DNA from: Octopus bimaculoides
Lineage: Eukaryota
DNA: 64,000 nt
Reading direction: 5' to 3'
Assembly: GCF_001194135.2 (NCBI RefSeq)
Contig: NC_068982.1
Coordinates: 27,821,941-27,885,940, forward strand
Made by a program: the position numbers and the translations under genes
Shown here: in pieces, positions 50,885 to 63,198 of the stretch
How the letters are laid out: each line of letters starts with the position of its first letter
How positions within the stretch are numbered: the stretch's first letter is position 1
The notes under the pieces: model-generated
What the model was told of the DNA's origin: nothing
The model's input: only the letters and a program-made list of their open reading frames with translations
Database searches by the model: none

Positions 50885-52035
50885 TGAGGATTTATTATCA
50901 TCATTTAACATCTGTGTTCCGTGCTGGCAGAGGGTGGATGGTTTGGTAGGATCCGATATGTCCAAGGACTGCATTGAGGTCTGGCTGGATGTCCTTCCTA
51001 ATACCAACCACTTCGCATCATGGACTGGGTGCTTTTTTCATGCCAGCTGCACCATTGAGGTTGCTATGCAGCTTGCAGAACTACAAACCCTGGGGAAGGG
51101 GAGTCAGTTTTATGTTAGGGGACAAGGGGAATGATCTATGAGTAGTGGGAGGAGGTGCAATAGTGGTTCTAGAAGAGGATCTGCATGACTATTCACTTCT
51201 AATAGGGGAAGGGGAGAGAAAAAGAAAATGAACAGTAGAAGCTGCAAGAGACAGACAAACATCAATAAGGTGCCTAGGCACAAGCTGTGTTAAAAAACTG
51301 TATAGGAAGGAGAATGAGGGGATGGGAAGGCAGGCTACCAAAATGGATAGTGTTGAAAGGTGGATGAGCAAAGAGCCACAAATTGGGGAAGATAGAGTGA
51401 TGTAGAAGAAAGTGGTGGGGTGAGCTGCTGGGGTAGTAAAGATGAAACAATTGTCAGGAAGATGAGAAGAGGCTGACCTAATGCAGAGGTGGTGGTGGTG
51501 AGTCACTGTAAGATGGGTGAAGAGTACAATACATAATACTCCCAAAACTTAGCTTTGCTGACAAGGGTGGGTCTTTTTGAGAACCTCATATCATCAGAGA
51601 TCCAGGCCCTTTGTCATCACTATCAGGCTCAGGCCATGAGATCACCATCAACCACTCCATCCCATGTTTTCCTGGATTTCCCTCTTCCACAAGTTCTGGC
51701 CACAGATAATGAGTGGTACTTTTTATACAATTGCCCTTATTGATATGTATCATGTATTCATACCAGCATGGTCTTCTTTCTTGCACACTCATATTGTATA
51801 TCCAATGCAGTATGCTTGCTTCATTTCTTTTCAATTTTCTCAAGTCCTCTGCATTCAAGGCTCATTTTCACTACCATGTGGCATTACAGTTCTAACACAA
51901 GCATCATTCAGTCTGCCCTTCACTCTTAGGGAAAAGATCTTTGTTGTCATTAGTGGTTGTAGCCCCTTGAACTTTCTCCAACTAGCGCTCACTCTAGCAA
52001 CTATACTTCAGAGCATGTACCTTCCTTGCTAGGTA
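50885..52035 (-). mobile_element. RTE-clade LINE, 5'-truncated 3' end (ORF end + pyrimidine-rich UTR + tail)
   Basis: WRKFKGLQPLMTTKIFSLRVKGRL.DACVRTVM.HGSE..NAEDLRKLKRNEASILHW, followed by UTR and a GAT-repeat tail at ~50890. Confidence 0.8.
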
Positions 52036-52673
52036 GAAATTGTGTTCTGGAGTTGAGTTTTTCTTTTTTAATTTAGCTAGCAAATAGCTAAAAGTCTGTA
52101 CCAATATTTTCTTTTTAGGAAATTATTCAAAATAGTTAACATTCTTTATCAACCCACTGAACATTTTAACTACTTTCAATGCAGAATGACAAATTAACAA
52201 AAGGGAAGCTCTAAAAATCAATACTCTGCAATAATTCAAACTATTTAACACGAAAAGATTCTCTAGAAATAAAATAAATGCAAAAATATAAAGTGAAAAA
52301 CTTTTACATTTGACGAAAGCAGGCAATACTTGTAGACAGCACTGCTTGAATGGTTTGTTGGAACTAATAAATTAGCTATCTTTGAGATAGAATTACTTCT
52401 GGAAATGGAACTAATAATACTGTAACTAGTGATTGAAGAAAACTAGATTACTATCATTGAATTTAATGACAATTCCCTCTTCTGCCCATCCAATATGTAG
52501 GTTATAAGTGTATCTAAAGCATCATGTTTTATAGCATCAAATATAACAATAAATATATATAATCCATTAAATGAGAAATTAAACCTAGTGAGAATCCAAA
52601 ATAGATAACTGCTGATATATGTAATACAAACAGATAATTTAAGTTAGATGAATATGTTGAGTAATGACAGCAT

Positions 52674-52677
<4 letters not shown>

Positions 52678-52728
<51 letters not shown>
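52678..52728. repeat. (AT)n microsatellite
   Basis: Direct reading; similar tracts at ~37538, 42766 and 63069. Confidence 0.98.
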
Positions 52729-52730
<2 letters not shown>

Positions 52731-53690
52731 TCATTGTTTAAAGCCTGCTTTCTTTGCTGGCCATCCTATAATATTGGCATAGGATGGACGATTTGACGAG
52801 AGCTGGTTCCAGTCTGATTTGGTTTAGTTTCTATGGCTGGATGCCCTTCCTAATATAGTAAAAACCTTAACCTATGATGAAGCAAAGTAAATACTAAACA
52901 GAAATACACCGTACCTCTCTCAACTTTCGTCTATGAAGACGAAGTTACATTTGCAGTGACCAAAGTTCATTTGTAATAAAGAGAAAAAATACTTCAAAAT
53001 TCAGCAAATAAAAGACAAAAGTTCTTATCAAGCTCACTTTATATTGATTTCAATTGATTGGTTATTTATGATTATTACACTCAACATACACTGCTATGCA
53101 ACAGCATACATAAAACAATTATCATCAAGAAAATATTCCCTGAAGTATTTAGCTTTTCATTTATTTATACAGAAATCAGTTATTTAAACTATAATAAAAC
53201 CTGTTGACTAAATGTAGAATATGTGATATCACAATTAAAAAAAAAAGAAGATAAAATCTAGATTTTCTATGATCAAACTAAGTAAAAAAATATATATAAG
53301 TACAACTTTTGACTTTATTACTCTCATAAGTTGACACATTTATGGAGGAAAAAAAAATGAAACAAAAGATTTGTAACAACATCACGTTGTGCACTAATGA
53401 TAAACAAAAATTATCAAAGACACTGTTTAATATAGAATTTTACTGCAAGCTAACTTATCAAAAGATCATGTAGGTGGAATGAGGATATTGATTATTTTGA
53501 TAAATAGCATTTAGTATATCATTCTGACATACAAATAGCAAAAAGTAAATAGGCATGCAGAGAAGTAGTTAAAGGCTTATACAGATTATATGCAGATGCA
53601 CACACGTTATATTTAAAGTGCTATAAACAACAAACTTAAATTATAGCATTAGTAAATGTTTCAGGGTTCTTTAGTTGTAGAACTAAAATA

Positions 53691-54085
53691 CAAGTGGGTG
53701 CTGAAAAGTGGCTTTAAGGGTATCATGAAAGGCCTGGTAGGAGGCCCAACCGTCCGTGTTCTTTTACAGAGCTTAGAAAGTTTGAAGGACCACTGTAATT
53801 AAGTGTGTGAATCAGAGAGGAATATGTTGAATAAAATCATAACTGATCCTCCTACATTTTGTGTGCAGACAATTTGTTGACAAAATTATCGTACATATCT
53901 TTTTATAAGTAAAGTGTTTCTATCTGTAAATCTAATAAAACTTTTGTGATTTTTACTTGGGTTTTTAAAAAATTTCGACATATTGTCCTTTCAGCAAATT
54001 GTCCAATCGGTCAGTTGTCCTGTTTGTGTCTGTTGATGAATACTCTACCATTTTCTTTTACCCAAAACCAGGACCCCCCCCCCTC
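53691..54085 (+). mobile_element. mariner-derived MITE, long form
   Basis: TA|CAAGTGGGTGCTGAAAAG left end, transposase C-terminal remnant, degraded right TIR; homologous to 59735-59951. Confidence 0.7.
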
Positions 54086-54184
54086 CAGCTTCAAGCTTAT
54101 ATGGAATTTCACTTTATAAGAGTAGCTTGCTGACAAAAACTGCACATCTTGGACATAGGTTAGAATATGCAATAAACTCCGGGA

Positions 54185-54445
54185 CTATAAGTCCAGAGCT
54201 TAACCCAGTTTCCATGGTGTATATGCAATTGAGACTACAAATACCCACCTCCTAACTCCTAACAAGATGTTAATCTGTTGCAGGGTTAACTTCCTAACTA
54301 TTGTTGGAGCTTAATTAAGACTGAGTGAACTGGAGCAATGTGAAATGAAGTGTTTTGTTCAAAAACAATGCATTGCTTGATCCTTGGATCAAAACCAAAA
54401 TCTTAAGATTGTGAGTGTAACACATTAACCACTACTCCATGCACT
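54185..54445 (-). mobile_element. Degenerate tRNA-derived SINE
   Basis: Reverse-oriented head (gatcaaaacc...aaccactactccatg) and tgaactggagcaatgtgaaatgaagtg core. Confidence 0.5.
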
Positions 54446-56712
54446 TTTGCTGATCAGTGATTGCTTGCCTGAAGGTCACTTAGCAACAAATTTAAAATAA
54501 CTAAGATGAAAAGTATACAAATAATTCAAGATCAATTGTAATAAATATAAGGTAAACAGTAAAAAATACAGTTTTGAAAGTGTACTAATTCCAATAAAAA
54601 CATAATCAGTTGTGTTACAAGTTTACTATTTTTCATAGGAGAATGCCTAATTCAATTATTTACTACTTAAATTATGATTGGAATATATGCTTAAAACATC
54701 ACTAATTCTTCTATTTAATTTCCATTTCAGGAGGCCAAACTATAATCTCTAGAATGCAACAAATTTTTAACTCTCATTTCAAATTATACTTTAGATGAAT
54801 AATTGTCAAACATCTTATGAATCAAGACATCTCCAGGGAAATATGATTAGAAGCATCAACTGAGATAATGTGCTGAAAATGCTCCTGCTGAGAAACCAAT
54901 TTCACTTTTGAAGATCACTTGGCAACCCCTACACAAATATTACTTTTATAGACAAGACATGAATTGAAGCTCTCCCCATCCTCATAGCAACTTTAAAAAT
55001 AATTTATAAAATTTGACCAGTTATTCTGTTGCACACACCTTTCTGATGACTGGTTTTAGCATAAACATTTCAAAATTTCAATGCAAACAAAACAATATGG
55101 TGAATATTTAGTCCACACTAAATGCCAATAATTGAAAGCAGTTCAGGCAAGACCATCCTGTACATCCTGTGTAGGTCTAAATTATCCTATATGTTCTTTC
55201 CTTTGACATACTAGGGTGTGATTTTAGGGGAAGACATAGCTGTTATTTCTTTTAAGCTGAGTGACTGCATAGAAGCTTCCTTGTTGGCTAGTGAACAGAA
55301 TATCTTGAACTATAGCATTCTACCATCAATTTTCTCTTTACATTATGTTAGGTATGACTGTGGTTATGGTTTAGTCCCACTTGCAGCATTTTGTGAGTGA
55401 ATTTGGTAAATGGAATCTAAAAGAAGCCTATTGTGTATGTGTGTATGTGTGTGTGTGAATATGTACATACGAGTTTGTGTCTCCTTGTTTTGAAGTAACA
55501 TGATAGCTGCAAATGAGTGTCACCATCTTACAAGCAGTATTATTTTATTCTCAATCTTCTGTAAAAACATGTCTGGCCATTGGGAAATATCACCTTGCTT
55601 GGAATCAATTGAGGGCTGGTGACAAGAAGGGCATCTAGTTTTAGAAAATCTGCTTAATGAATTCCATCAGACCCATGTAAGCATAGAAAAGTGGACTTTA
55701 AAATAAAGGTGATAAATTTTAACTGAACTATGGTAGTCATGCTGAGATCCAATTCACATTTATCACTCCAGTAAATTATAAAACCAATAATTTACAGATT
55801 GATATTACTTATGTTTGTTTACCCTCTAGAATACAATTAAGTTTCTTCAAAGTTGACTAATTCATTCAAATTGGAATTTTCAGTTTCCTCAAAATTAAAC
55901 TTCAGCAGCTGTTGTCAAAGGTTTTGAAAAAAAAACCCAAAAAAACAAAAAACAAAAAAACACATGAAATACATCTATGACAGTTTTATACTGTGAAATT
56001 ATTACGAACAACGCATTTCTGTAAGCGCTGTGTATGTTATTTGAACACTGTAATTTTCAAAAGGATTTATTAACCTGAACATTATTTTAAAAAATACTAT
56101 ATTTAAGATATTTTGTAAACTCTAAAATATTTTTCTGTCTCCAAAGCTCTTCGGGTCAAGTCTCAAATAGAAAATATATTCCAAAGAATTATCATTAATC
56201 AACAAAAAGATAATCCTCACAAAAATAATAAAAGGATGTATAATTCAAATGTCTAGGCTATTTGTAATGAGCAGATGACTAACAAAAAGACATTCATGAT
56301 AAGATATGATAAAAAAAAATTATGTCAACATGACATGTACAAAAAAGATAATTTATGTTTAATTCCAACAGACTGCTTGCTGTGTTTCAGCAGATTAAAA
56401 TATTAAAATAATGTAGAATCACCAGCTTATTCGTGTCCCTGAATACAATTTTTACATCTCTAGTAAGAATATAAAATTGTATGGATACATACAGAATATT
56501 TCATTTAGTCTCATGACATTTAAAAGCTTCCAAATGTAACTTCATCCTTAGTTATCTAACATTTTGCCTAGTTACCTTCTTTTCTTCCCCACATGCATTC
56601 TTCAAAGCCATATTTTCAGTAGTTCTCTCTTCAATGAAAGACATTCTCAAAAGGTTAGAATTCTTGTCTCTCCACAGCATACAAACCTAATTCAAATTTA
56701 CTTGGACTCTGG

Positions 56713-57071
56713 TTTTTATCTTTTACTTGTTTCTGTCATTGTACTGTGGTCATGCTGGAGCACCACCTTGAAGGGTTTAATCAATCAAATCGACCTCAAT
56801 ACTTAATTTTTGAAGTCTGGTACATATTCTGTTAGCCTCTTTTGCCAAACTGCTAATTTATGGTGATGTAAACCAAAGAATACCAGTTTTCAAGCAGTGC
56901 ATGGGAGAGGGTGACATATAAACACACACACAATGGTTTCTACAGTTGCCATCTTCCAAATTCACTCAAGACATTGATTGGTTCAGCATGGAGCTATAAA
57001 AGTCACTTGCCCAAGTTGCCACACAGTGGTATGTGGTTGCAAAGCGAACTTTCTAACCACACAACCATGCC
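56713..57071 (-). mobile_element. tRNA-derived SINE, family A
   Basis: Homologous along its length to 9672-10052. Confidence 0.8.
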
Positions 57072-57369
57072 ACTTGCATCTGTAGTTTAGACAGTTTACA
57101 TGGTATAAAATTCCTACCTATTTCTTTTCTGCATACTGAGCTTAGCCCCACCCCAAACTGTGCTATAGCCTCAGCTTTTCTGTTAAGTACAAATATTTTT
57201 TGTTAGGTTTACTTTGAGGCCTCAATTTGAGACTTTACATCTAAGTTTGCAATTTCTCAAAATCTTTCACAGATTCACAGAGTCTTCAGTATACAGGAAT
57301 TTTCATGAACTGTTGGTCTTAAACTTTTGTTTTGGTTTGCAGAAATATAACAAAGAGTAGGTTTAGAAC

Positions 57370-58010
57370 CAAGGTCCAACTGACACCTGGCAATATCTCT
57401 GTATGCAACTTTCCTCTTTCTTTTCAGTGAGTGAAGGCATGTGTATTGTCATTACTTTACCCCCATACTGGCATCGTACTTTGCGAGCTAGAACATCGTC
57501 AGTCTCTGATCCTCATGTTTCAGAGTATATAAAACATCTTACTAGACATAATGATTCTCTACTAGCTTGCTTATATTGTTTTTAACTCTCTTCCATCGTA
57601 CACATCACCTAGTACTTCTCTGAACATGAGTCTGGCTGAAGGATTTTTCATCTTCCTTACTTTCCTTTGCCTGATTGTCATGTGCTCCATAATCCATCTA
57701 GCTTTATCCTAAGGTTGCTAATCATTAGCTTATGTTGAGTAGTGTATTTCGGAAAAGGACTTAATATCCATGTTCCCTGGTCAGTATTAAGTCTATCTTT
57801 CTTGCATATCCACCTTACGTATAAGCTAGTTTCTTAAAGTTAGTGTTGCAAATGGATAAGTAATTTGTGTCACAGAACTCACATTCGTGATTCTTCCTCA
57901 TTCCGCATACCATATTTATAATCTTCATGTGTGTTAGAGGAGTCAAAATGGTGTTGACAAAAAGTGCTGGTGAATTTAATGAATATATTGGACAAGCTCC
58001 CATAGCTAGT
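57370..58010 (-). mobile_element. RTE-clade LINE endonuclease/linker fragment
   Basis: Remnant GMR....EFCDTNYLSICNTNFKKL..GGY..IDLIL, typical of the APE domain C-terminal part. Confidence 0.65.
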
Positions 58011-59734
58011 TTAAACTTATGCTTTTATTTGGCAATCATGAATGAATGCTTTATATGAAACTAAAGTATGAAGACAGATGTAATATGCAACATTAACACA
58101 ATATACACAATGAAGAAAGATGACCTAATTCTGGAGATATTACAGTATCATTTGGTCATATCAAGATGACACAATTTCTCAATCTGGTCACGAATGATGT
58201 TTTTGGTTATGAATATATGGTTGTAAAATCATATCAGATAACAGATCCAACATGTGACTGATCATATCAGCAGTAAAGTAGGCAGAGTAGGAAGAAATGG
58301 CAAAGCTATAATAAAGTACCCAAAATACTTAAGAATGACAAGTTTTTTTTTCTTTATATAATATTAAAGCTCCCTTCAATCCATCAATGATAACTAGTAG
58401 TAATGATTTAACATATACAAAAACATTAAATTACATGTGACATCAGGTATCCAGTTATAGTGTTGAAACACATGATACCTAACCAAACTATATAAATATT
58501 TATTTTAATGAAAATTATCATCTTTAGAACTAATTTACTTACAAGAATTTCTTGCTTAATTTATCTTTAAATCATTGTTTCATACATTAATCAAATAGAA
58601 AATATGCAAATATCAAAGAACACACAATTTCACAACTGATATGCACACAGAATGACTTCATTAAGGATTGATACATTATGATTTTTAACTAACATATTTG
58701 GAGAGCTATTTCTTAAACATTTTAGCATTCAGATTACTGTCAAATGTAATGCTTATTTATTTACATTGTTTTGAATTAATTATGCATTATCTTGTAGCTT
58801 TAAAACTTTGATAATATGATTCTTATTTTTAGAATGACATTGTAGGTTAGGTGTGAGAAGCTGGATCTGGCCAGATTGAACATAAAACTGGTAGAATATT
58901 TAGGCCAGATATGACTGCTTTAAATGCTAATGGGTCAAAGGCCATAACAACCTATAAGGCTGGTGTTAAAAATATGGTTTCTTTAAAACTTAACAGATTG
59001 ATCATCCCCTCTTGCATAGGACACTACTTAATTCCAGCTAACTTTCTGGGAGAGGAAAAGAACTAATGTTCTGCTTCCACTTGGTATGTCACTTATGGCA
59101 CCTACTTAGCATTAGATGGATCCTTCCATTGACAATTAAGTGTCATGGCCAAGACATAATGCAGCAATAACAATGTACAAATTATCATTCTCTCAGTTGT
59201 CCAATATACAACTAACTCAACCACCCAGGATATATTAGAGGAATGTAGAAGGTAAATTTTATATTAAAGAGAAGAAAAAAAAAAGAATATAAACGAGTTG
59301 TTTTTTCATGTATGTGCTCTTATACTAAAGTACATAGTATAATGAAATAAATGGAATGAGTATAATTAATTTCATTGATCCTGGACATTGTTGGTTTTGT
59401 TTTATCTAGGGAGGAAAACAAAGCCAACTCCAACAAGAGACAAAAAACTGTTTGTTGCTAGTAACAAAACTTTTGTTTGATAACTTTCAAAATAGATACA
59501 TAGTTTACTAAAGGTGATTTCTCACAATGGCATCAACTATCTGCCAGGCATATTTAAATAAGGTACAATAAAAGCAGGTGTGGCTGTGTGGTAAGAAATT
59601 TGCTTTTCAATCAAAAGGTTTCAGGTTCAATCTAACTGTTTGACACCTTGAGAGAATGTCTTTTATTATCTAAGGGCACCCAAAGTCTAGTGAGGAGATT
59701 CAGTAGATGGAAGCTAGAAGAATGCCATCATGTA

Positions 59735-59951
59735 TAAGGGAGTGCTGAAAAGCTCCTGGCTTTAAGAGCATCATGAAAGGCCTGGTTGGAGGCCCAACCT
59801 TCCAAGTTCTTTTATAGGGCTTGGAAAAACTGAAGGATTGTTGCAATAAGTGTGTTAATCTGAGAGGGGAATATGTTGAATAAGATCATAATAAACTGAT
59901 TCTCCTATATTTTCTTTTACCCAAAGCCAGGAACTTTTCAGCACCCCCTCA
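59735..59951 (+). mobile_element. mariner-derived MITE, short form, nested in a family B SINE
   Basis: TA|TAAGGGAGTGCTGAAAAGCTCCTGGCTTT ... AAAGCCAGGAACTTTTCAGCACCCCCTCA|TA; interior GLEKLKDCCNKCVNLRGEYVE* is a mariner C-terminus. Confidence 0.88.
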
Positions 59952-60634
59952 TATGTGTACATTCCCTGGTCTTGACAGCACATGATAGTTGTAAATGAAT
60001 ATCACTATCATGCAAGCAGAGTTTGTTTCCAATTTTCTGTGAAAACATGTCTGGTCATGGGAAAGCATTATCTTATAGGGAAACAAGTGAAGGTTGGCAA
60101 CAGAAAGGGCAGCTGGCTGTAGAAAAATTCGCCTCAACAAAAACTGTCTAACCCATGCAATGGAAAAGTGAAAATTAAAATGGTGATGATGACATTTAAA
60201 ACAATTTCAGCTTGTACAAATCACCAAGTGAATTTAGATGAATTTTAAAGATGCTTGAGGAACTGTAGTATGTAGGTTATGACCACCATATAGGTATGCA
60301 GGAATAATTAAGTTTGCTATGAACATGTGGACTTCCCTTTAAGTGGTAAAAATACTGAAATCACAAGCAAGATGACAAGAATAAGGTAAGAGGGAATTTG
60401 AGCCTGGTGCAGCCTTCTGGCTTGCCAGTCCTCAGTGAAACCATCCAACCCATGCCTGCGTGGAAAGTGGACATTAAAAGATGATGGTGACAGACCTATC
60501 CAACCCATGTCAGTGTGAAAAAATACACAAGGAAAAAAAAAAAAAAAAAAAAAACCATAAAGACATTTTGCAATGTTTTGAACTATTTTCTACTGAACCA
60601 TATCAAAATTAAAAAGTGGTCTAGTATATTTTAC

Positions 60635-60791
60635 CTTATATCTTGTTTGTTCTTTGTCATAAATTCTTTTACTTTTTGCTCCATTAGGAGCGAAAAAATG
60701 AGCCAACTTTGCGAGATAAACACCATTTCGAAGACCTTCTTCAAGTTCTGTTGTCGTAGGAAGTTCTTCATCTGTACAAGCTTCAATCCAC
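60635..60791 (-). CDS. IQGAP: IQGAP exon, 157 nt, start of CH domain
   Basis: Acceptor ttttttcccccttag|G TGG ATT; donor TAT AAG|gtaaaa. Encodes the IQGAP hallmark LPTTTELEEGLRNGVYLAKL. Phase 2 in, phase 0 out. Confidence 0.97.
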
Positions 60792-62049
60792 CTAAGGGGG
60801 AAAAAAATCACTGTTTAAATGCGAGTTAAGCAAATGTATAAATAAAAGTTTGACATATCCATGAACCTTTTTTCCACTCCCTCTAAACATTTAGAAATTT
60901 ATATCTGAAACCAAACAGGATGTTGCTGCTTCCTTTATAAATATTACAAAAATATAGTATATAGTTAATATTTATGTTTACATTAGAATAAAATGAATCA
61001 TTAATTTCTAAGTTTGGAGCAGAGATACTGTTCAATAGTGGAAGAAGTAAATTTACATGATAGACACTAGTTAAAGAAAAAAAAAACCCCAACTAAACAA
61101 ACCAACAATGCCTTTTTTCATACTGTCAAATTTAAATGTTTATTTCCATTTCAAGGAGTATCTTTTCTAATCTTAAATGCAATAGTTATGGTAACATTGC
61201 ATACATTTCACTTGTTGATTCAGATTATTAAATGTGACTATCAGTTAAATGAGAGAGAGAGAAAGAGAACATGGTTATTCAGTTGAACAAAGCTTCTTAA
61301 AAACAAATATATGTTGCTAGCAAAATCATGTAGGATGACCATACAAAAAGTTTCAGTATTACTGAATCCCCTAAAACTTGAAGAAATAGATTTTAGTAGT
61401 TTAAGATCTGTGATGAAGTTCATCCCCAAAATATATTAATAATTACTTAAAAGGGTTATATTCTCGTCGCAAAATTAAAATCTGGCTTAATTCAAAGTTA
61501 TTCTCAGAGATTGTGCAAGTCAGCTTATTGTGAATTCTGAACATTTGGAAATAAAGGACGAAGTGTAGCAAACAATATCATTCAAATGAGACTCCTGCTA
61601 CTTAATCATTTGAGCACTGCATAAAAGCATGAATGTATCTTCAGTCAGGTGATACAAAGTTTAATGCATGCATTGAATTCATTCAACAGCTTGAAATGAT
61701 TTCTAAATTTCAGATTACTGGAAAAGAGAGAGAGAGAGGAAGGAAAAAGGAGTGGTTTTGATACCCCTGTGTCACATGTTTATAGAAACAAATATAGATC
61801 TGGTTCAATATATTGCTTTTGTGAATATAAGTATGCTTTATCAAAATATCCAACATTTAGTAAAATATATTCTAAATATATTGCATGTATAAAACATGTA
61901 AATAAATATACAAAAAGTAAGTAAATATACAAAAATAAATAAATTGAAGGGATTGAAAATGAAAATTCTGCAATGCATTTGTAAAATTGGCCTAAAAAAT
62001 ACAACAGTGACCAATGTAAAAATTCAGTGTTAACACTGAGGTGCAAATT

Positions 62050-62771
62050 GACACTGGTAATTAAATAACTAATAATGTAGAACTTTTGGATTAATCATGG
62101 GTAAACTAGCTATTAGCAATAGGAGCAGTGTTTGCAACAAATAATAACTAGTCCATCCAGTGTAAATTGGATTTGTTGTTTAGAATGCCTTAAATTGCAG
62201 TAAATGCCCAGAGATACTAGCTCATGTTGATGACGTGCTAATTAAGTGGCAACTAGATTGGCTGACAAAATGATCATCTGCACCGGTGGATGGTACTACT
62301 GCATCATGTGATTTCACTGTTAGTTGCAGATCATCAGTAATAGCCAGCCTTGTACCAAGTGCCAGAGCAAAAGTCATTGAACTGATATAGTATGACAATG
62401 GCCAAACAACTAGTGATGTTGTGAAAAGCCAGTGGGCTACGAATAAATTAGCTATTAGTAATAGGAGCAATGTTTGTAACTGTTGCTAACCGCTAATTTA
62501 TTCATAGCCTGTTGGCTTTCACAACATCATTGGCTCTTTGGCCATTATTCTACTATATTGGTTTGAGGGATTTTCACTCTTGCTTTTGGTATTGCTGATG
62601 ATCCACAACTAATGGTGAAATTCTGTGATACAGTAATGCAATCCATCAGTGCAGACAACCATATCATCAGCTGATCTAGTTGGTGCTTAATTAGTACAGG
62701 TCATCAATACGAGATAGTATCCTTGGATGCTTACAGCAGGTTAAGGTGTTCTAAACAACACATCCAATTTA
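62050..62771. mobile_element. ~342-bp unit in partial tandem plus inverted copy, carrying a hammerhead-like core (Penelope pLTR or retrozyme-like)
   Basis: Direct repeat 62107-62138 vs 62449-62480 (29/32). Inverted arms 62163-62463 and ~62480-62771. CTGATGA-stem-GAAA in both arms. Family assignment is inference. Confidence 0.55.
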
Positions 62772-63068
62772 GTTTCTACCCTTGGCATGTGATGGAATCT
62801 GTTTTCTGAGTATCTGGTGTTTATTGCCCTTGTGCATCTGCCGCACACAAAAGCTATCTTCCCGGTTAATCTTCCTTTGATGTTGCTACATGTCTTGTGT
62901 CCATAGCTTACACTGGGTACATCTTATGGAGTTTCTACCTACACCTTTTCTACAGATCGAGCAGGGCCATCTACCTGAAGGGGTGTGTGATGTGTTCGCC
63001 TTCCTACTTACTAGAACTTTGGTTTTTGCAACATTGACTCCAAGGCCCTTTGATTCTAAACCTTGCTA

Positions 63069-63069
<1 letters not shown>
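62772..63069 (-). mobile_element. RTE-clade LINE fragment with PHD-like zinc finger
   Basis: LESKGLGVNVAKTKVLVSRK..WPCSICRKGVGRNSIRCTQCKLW.H..CSNIKGRLTGKIAFVCGRC (one frameshift). Confidence 0.8.
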
Positions 63070-63107
<38 letters not shown>

Positions 63108-63198
63108 NNNNNNNNNNNNNNNNNNNNNNNNNNNNNNNNNNNNNNNNNNNNNNNNNNNNNNNNNNNNNNNNNNNNNNNNNNNNNNNNNNNNNNNNNNN
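63108..63198. other. Assembly gap (91 N)
   Basis: Run of N next to an (AT)n tract. Confidence 1.

Larger units (their letters stand above)
12405..60791 (-). other. IQGAP: IQGAP-family gene, internal portion (7 coding exons; gene extends beyond both window ends)
   Basis: Joined exons translate without stops to (R)WIEACTDEELPTTTELEEGLRNGVYLAKLAHFFAPNGAKSKRIYDKEQTRYK/ATGLHFRHTDNINHWLTAMEEIGLPP/IFYPETTDIYDKKNVPRAIYCVHALS/LYLFKLGLAPQIQDLYGKINFT/EEEISNMRKELEKYGIQMPSFGKIGGILANE/MSVDDAAL/HAAIIAINDAIDRKDAPETMKALQNPAAMLVNCQMDFAETYQTELWEAKQTKAENSRNK. This matches, as I recall them, the IQGAP CH domain and first IQGAP repeat. All junctions are AG/GT with matching phases. Confidence 0.97.
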
